Positions 61,312-64,000 of a DNA stretch of 64,000 bases are shown here, piece after piece. The position numbers were made by a program, and so were the translations under genes. This DNA comes from an uncultured Anaeromassilibacillus sp. (lineage in GTDB: Bacteria; Bacillota; Clostridia; Oscillospirales; Acutalibacteraceae), in the NCBI GenBank assembly GCA_930987725.1, contig CAKNKY010000006.1:3476-67475 (forward strand), given 5' to 3'. The stretch's first letter is position 1, and each line of letters begins with the position of its first letter. The notes beneath the pieces are model-generated. The model made no database searches. It was not told the origin of the DNA and saw only the letters and a list, made by a program, of their open reading frames with translations.

Positions 61312-62010
61312 TTATATCTTCTGACAAGCCGGGCAGTACACGCTGCTCCTGCCGCCGATCACAGTTCGGCAGAGCGTTTCTCCACAGACTGGACAAGGTT
61401 CGCCGCCGTGTCCATAGACCTGTAAAAACGGCGTGTTGCGGTAGTCCTGCCCTTTCGTCTCCAGATATTCCTCCGGTGTAATCGCGTTCTTTTCAATGAA
61501 GTAGGCCAGCCGCTCGGGGATCGTCCGGGCCAGGCGGGTCCATTCCTCTTTGGTCAGCGTGTTGGCGGGCCGCGCCGGACGGATGTGCGCGGCAAACAAA
61601 ATTTCGTCGGAATAGATGTTGCCGATCCCGGCCACCACGCTTTGGTCCAGCAGGCATTCCTTGATGGCCTTCTTCCGTTTCCCCAGGTGTGTGGACAGAT
61701 ATTCTCCAGAAAAGCCGAGGTCAAATGGTTCTGTGCCCAGCTTCTCCATCCCGGTGTATGTATCTGTTTCTCCCTGCCGCAACAGCCAGAAGCGCCCAAA
61801 CCGGCGTGTGTCGGAAAGGGAGGAAACGGCGGGGAACGTTTCTGTGCCGGCAATCTGTCCGGCGGTGTAGGTTTTCCAGAACGTGCCGCCTGTAATCTCG
61901 GTCATTTCAATGTTGTAGGACATGAGCCGCTGATCCGTGTGCCGAATCAGGCGGGAGGGCTGCATGCTCAGAAAGAGAGGGGCGCGGGGAGCCTTGTTTT
62001 CCTGTTTCAT
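61312..62010 (-). CDS. Fpg/Nei-family C-terminal module (H2TH + zinc finger) joined to an unrelated 65-aa N-terminus; probably chimeric or non-functional as a glycosylase
   Basis: From SDTRRFGRFWLL onward it aligns in my reading to Fpg residues from about 110 to the end (LGTEPFD, IKECLLDQSVVAGIGNIYSDEILF, VYGHGGEPCPVCG...YCPACQ). The N-terminal PELPEVE catalytic domain is absent. ATG 62010 has an AAGGAG 11 nt upstream. Confidence 0.6.
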   Translation of the reverse strand: MKQENKAPRAPLFLSMQPSRLIRHTDQRLMSYNIEMTEITGGTFWKTYTAGQIAGTETFPAVSSLSDTRRFGRFWLLRQGETDTYTGMEKLGTEPFDLGFSGEYLSTHLGKRKKAIKECLLDQSVVAGIGNIYSDEILFAAHIRPARPANTLTKEEWTRLARTIPERLAYFIEKNAITPEEYLETKGQDYRNTPFLQVYGHGGEPCPVCGETLCRTVIGGRSSVYCPACQKI

Positions 62011-62084
62011 CTGGTGAGACACTCCTTTTTTGCGGCGGAATTCCTTTGCGAAAAACCGGCCGCTGTGTTTGCTCGGGCATGTGC

Positions 62085-62116
62085 TTTTGGGACACATCGG
62101 AAAATTTGTCCCAAAA
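62085..62116. promoter_or_regulatory. perfect 10-bp inverted repeat (candidate TetR operator) in the divergent intergenic region
   Basis: TTTTGGGACA (62085..62094), a 12-nt spacer, then TGTCCCAAAA (62107..62116). Confidence 0.45.
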
Positions 62117-62133
62117 CGGCAGAGGAATGGGTG

Positions 62134-62162
62134 TTGAGAAAAATCGAATCGTGTGCTACACT
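62134..62162 (+). promoter_or_regulatory. candidate promoter for the TetR gene
   Basis: TTGAGA, a 17-nt spacer, then TACACT. Confidence 0.45.
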
Positions 62163-62315
62163 GATCCCCAACAGGGAAACTGCCGGCACAGAAAAAAGAA
62201 AGGCTTCCGAAGAAAGGCTTGTTTGCCATTTGGTTTGCAGAACAGATCGGTGCGGGCAGACAAGTTCCCTTTTTTCCGGCTGTGGAAACAGGGAAAAACG
62301 GATCGGAGGCAGAAT

Positions 62316-62900
62316 ATGGCGGATTCCAATATCACAAAACATGCGCTGGCGGAAGCCCTGAAAGGGCTGATGGCAGAAATGCCGTTTGAGAAAATCAATG
62401 TGTCACAGATCTGTGAGCGCTGTGGTATGAACCGCAAAAGCTTCTATTACCATTTCAAAGACAAGTATGATCTTGTGAACTGGATTTTTGACACGGAATT
62501 TATTTCCCTCATCCGGGATGAAAACCTGGAAAATGTGGGAACCCGCTACAAAGAGCGGTGGGCCTTTATCGAAAAAACATGCCGTTATTTTTATGAGAAT
62601 CACGATTTTTACCGCAAGGCACTGCAGATCAAGGGACAAAATTCTTTCAGCGATCATTTCCGTGAATTCATCCGGCCTCTTCTGGCGGATCGCATTTCCC
62701 ACCTGTTGGGCAGGGAAGAGGTGGATGCGTTCACAATGGATTTTTTCACAGACGCGGTACTTTGCGCCATGGAGCGCTGGCTTCTCATGAAAGAGTGCAT
62801 GGCGCCGGAGCAGTTCCTTCGAAAAATCAGAAAACTGACGGAAGAGGGGGCCCGTTCCATCTGCCGGGAGATTTCCGAGGCGGAGCAGGAATCCTCCTGA
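62316..62900 (+). CDS. TetR/AcrR family transcriptional regulator (DhaS-like C-terminal domain)
   Basis: ITKHALAEALKGLMAEMPFEKINVSQICERCGMNRKSFYYHFKDKYDLVNWIF is a typical TetR_N HTH. ATG 62316. Confidence 0.88.
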   Translation: MADSNITKHALAEALKGLMAEMPFEKINVSQICERCGMNRKSFYYHFKDKYDLVNWIFDTEFISLIRDENLENVGTRYKERWAFIEKTCRYFYENHDFYRKALQIKGQNSFSDHFREFIRPLLADRISHLLGREEVDAFTMDFFTDAVLCAMERWLLMKECMAPEQFLRKIRKLTEEGARSICREISEAEQESS

Positions 62901-63983
62901 GCGATCATAAAATCGGAAAAGAGCGCATCCTCTGAGGATGGCGCTTTTTTTTCCGGAACAGACAGACGCGAGTTTCGGGTAAGCCCGCTGGATCAGGGAA
63001 GGCAGCCCCTCTTCAAAGAGATTGCCGCGCGGAGTGAAATTGGGGTTGTCCGGTGCAAGCAGCCGGCCCTGCGCGTCAATCATCAGGCAGCACGGGTCAT
63101 CGGAGATGATTTCATCCAGATATCGGATGTCGTGATACAGTTCCCATGGCACCGTTTGAAAGCCCTGTTCCTTCCGTGCGGCCACGGAAGCTTCGTGGGC
63201 ACTGTGCTGAACAGTGGGGGAACAGTCTTGCCTGGCTGCAAGCACGGTGAACAGAGGGTGCAGAAGCTGTGCCTTGCGGAACAGATCTCCGTTTTGAATG
63301 GCGGGCAGATCAGACGGGGAATAGGGGAAACAAACGGAATAAGGCAGCTTCGCCTTCCGGAGGGCGGCGCAGGCTTTTTTTGCTGCGTTGCCCCAGCGCA
63401 CCACCGTCATCAGGTTGCGGAGCGGTTCTATTGTTGTTTTCAGAAAGGCGTCGTCGATCTCTTCCGGCTGGCAAAAGAGGAAAAAGGCGCTGTCCGGGTG
63501 ATGCTGGATAAGGGGGATCAAGTTCCGGCACGGGCCGCGGGTCAGCAGCGTCCAGGAGTAGATTCCCAGGTTCTCCCCATCCTCGATGGCGCGGTCGTAT
63601 TGCGCAAAGTGCTCCGAAAGGAGGGGAGAAGTCAGCTGAAGGAGCACCGTCCAGGAAATGTTGCATCCCAGTTTTCTTTCGTTTGTGCGGATTTTCCGGG
63701 CACCCCATGTGCAGCTGTTGTAGCCCAGGTTCATGCCGAACCGCACGAGATGTTCCGTTTCAATGTGTTTCACGGCATCCTCCACCAGGGCGTAGTACGC
63801 GCTGTCCTGGTGTTCCAGCATGGTGTGAGCGGTTTGAAAAAAGCGGTATTGAAAGCGGCCTTCCGAAAAATGAAGCGCCATATCCACAAGATTCCGCACG
63901 CTCCGTTTTGGATTATCCTGCAGTCCCTTCAGAGTTTGCCTCACAGTGGTTTCTATTAATATCCGAGACATACTGTTTTCCAT
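62403..63983 (-). CDS. protein of unknown function; only about the first 340 aa (63983 down to about 62960) look like genuine coding sequence, and the native 3' end is unresolved
   Basis: ATG 63983 lies about 9 nt after GGAGGAG. I recognise no family. The frame has no stop until 62403, so it reads through the TetR terminator and antisense across 62403..62900. Confidence 0.45.
   Translation of the reverse strand: MENSMSRILIETTVRQTLKGLQDNPKRSVRNLVDMALHFSEGRFQYRFFQTAHTMLEHQDSAYYALVEDAVKHIETEHLVRFGMNLGYNSCTWGARKIRTNERKLGCNISWTVLLQLTSPLLSEHFAQYDRAIEDGENLGIYSWTLLTRGPCRNLIPLIQHHPDSAFFLFCQPEEIDDAFLKTTIEPLRNLMTVVRWGNAAKKACAALRKAKLPYSVCFPYSPSDLPAIQNGDLFRKAQLLHPLFTVLAARQDCSPTVQHSAHEASVAARKEQGFQTVPWELYHDIRYLDEIISDDPCCLMIDAQGRLLAPDNPNFTPRGNLFEEGLPSLIQRAYPKLASVCSGKKSAILRGCALFRFYDRSGGFLLRLGNLPADGTGPLFRQFSDFSKELLRRHALFHEKPALHGAKYRVCEKIHCERIHLFPAQQVGNAIRQKRPDEFTEMIAERILSLDLQCLAVKIVILIKITACFFDKGPPLFVAGSHIFQVFIPDEGNKFRVKNPVHKIILVFEMVIEAFAVHTTALTDL
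62921..62952 (+). terminator. intrinsic terminator of the TetR gene
   Basis: AGCGCATCC / GGATGGCGCT plus T8 (62945..62952). Confidence 0.7.
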
Positions 63984-64000
63984 AGGGCGCACTCCTCCCG

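Noticed and set aside
1-64000. CRISPR arrays, transposases/IS elements, prophage genes, toxin-antitoxin pairs and restriction or other defence genes.
   Set aside because: I scanned the intergenic regions and the ORF translations. I found no regularly spaced direct repeats, no DDE, serine or tyrosine recombinase motifs, no phage structural proteins, and no small paired ORFs with TA-like features.

Overview
This 64-kb window is a chromosomal segment of a high-GC, spore-forming, anaerobic Clostridia-type Firmicute. The evidence is cotJABC, spoIIE, [FeFe]-hydrogenase maturases hydE/hydG, a T-box leader and SD-type RBSs. I support about 58 protein genes, one tRNA(CAT), one Trp T-box, several near-consensus sigma-A promoters and many GC-rich, often bidirectional, intrinsic terminators. 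Most of the content is housekeeping:
- purL, alr, trpS, ackA, lgt, murE-murF, malic enzyme and an amino-acid ABC importer
- a small glycan-degradation locus (GH43, DUF5107, a clan-A-like hydrolase, GH29 fucosidase)
- cell-envelope genes (GT2, GT4, YhhN, NlpC/P60, deacetylase, amidase, O-antigen-ligase-like)

I saw no CRISPR array, transposase, integrase, rRNA or recognisable defence or toxin genes. The many long antisense ORFs in the track are high-GC artefacts.

Regions worth a second look:
1. A three-gene operon at 50.2-51.3 kb. It encodes a DUF308 membrane protein, a Nif11-leader-like peptide with a Gly-Gly motif, and a 62-aa orphan. It sits between two MATE exporters, one of which has a promoter-leader-terminator unit.
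2. A lower-GC block from about 58.1 kb to the window end. It holds a translationally coupled XRE-TPR (RRNPP-like) regulator and ABC exporter, a chimeric Fpg C-terminal ORF, a TetR gene with a perfect inverted repeat upstream, and an unrecognisable protein whose frame has no stop until it has run antisense through the TetR gene.
3. An attenuator-like leader in front of the TM1266-hydE-hydG operon.
4. A helically phased array of WalR-type TGTWAH hexamers upstream of an NlpC/P60 hydrolase.
5. A T7 homopolymer frameshift at the 5' end of a GGDEF/EAL gene.

All functional calls rest on my reading of the translated ORFs and motifs. No database search was run.
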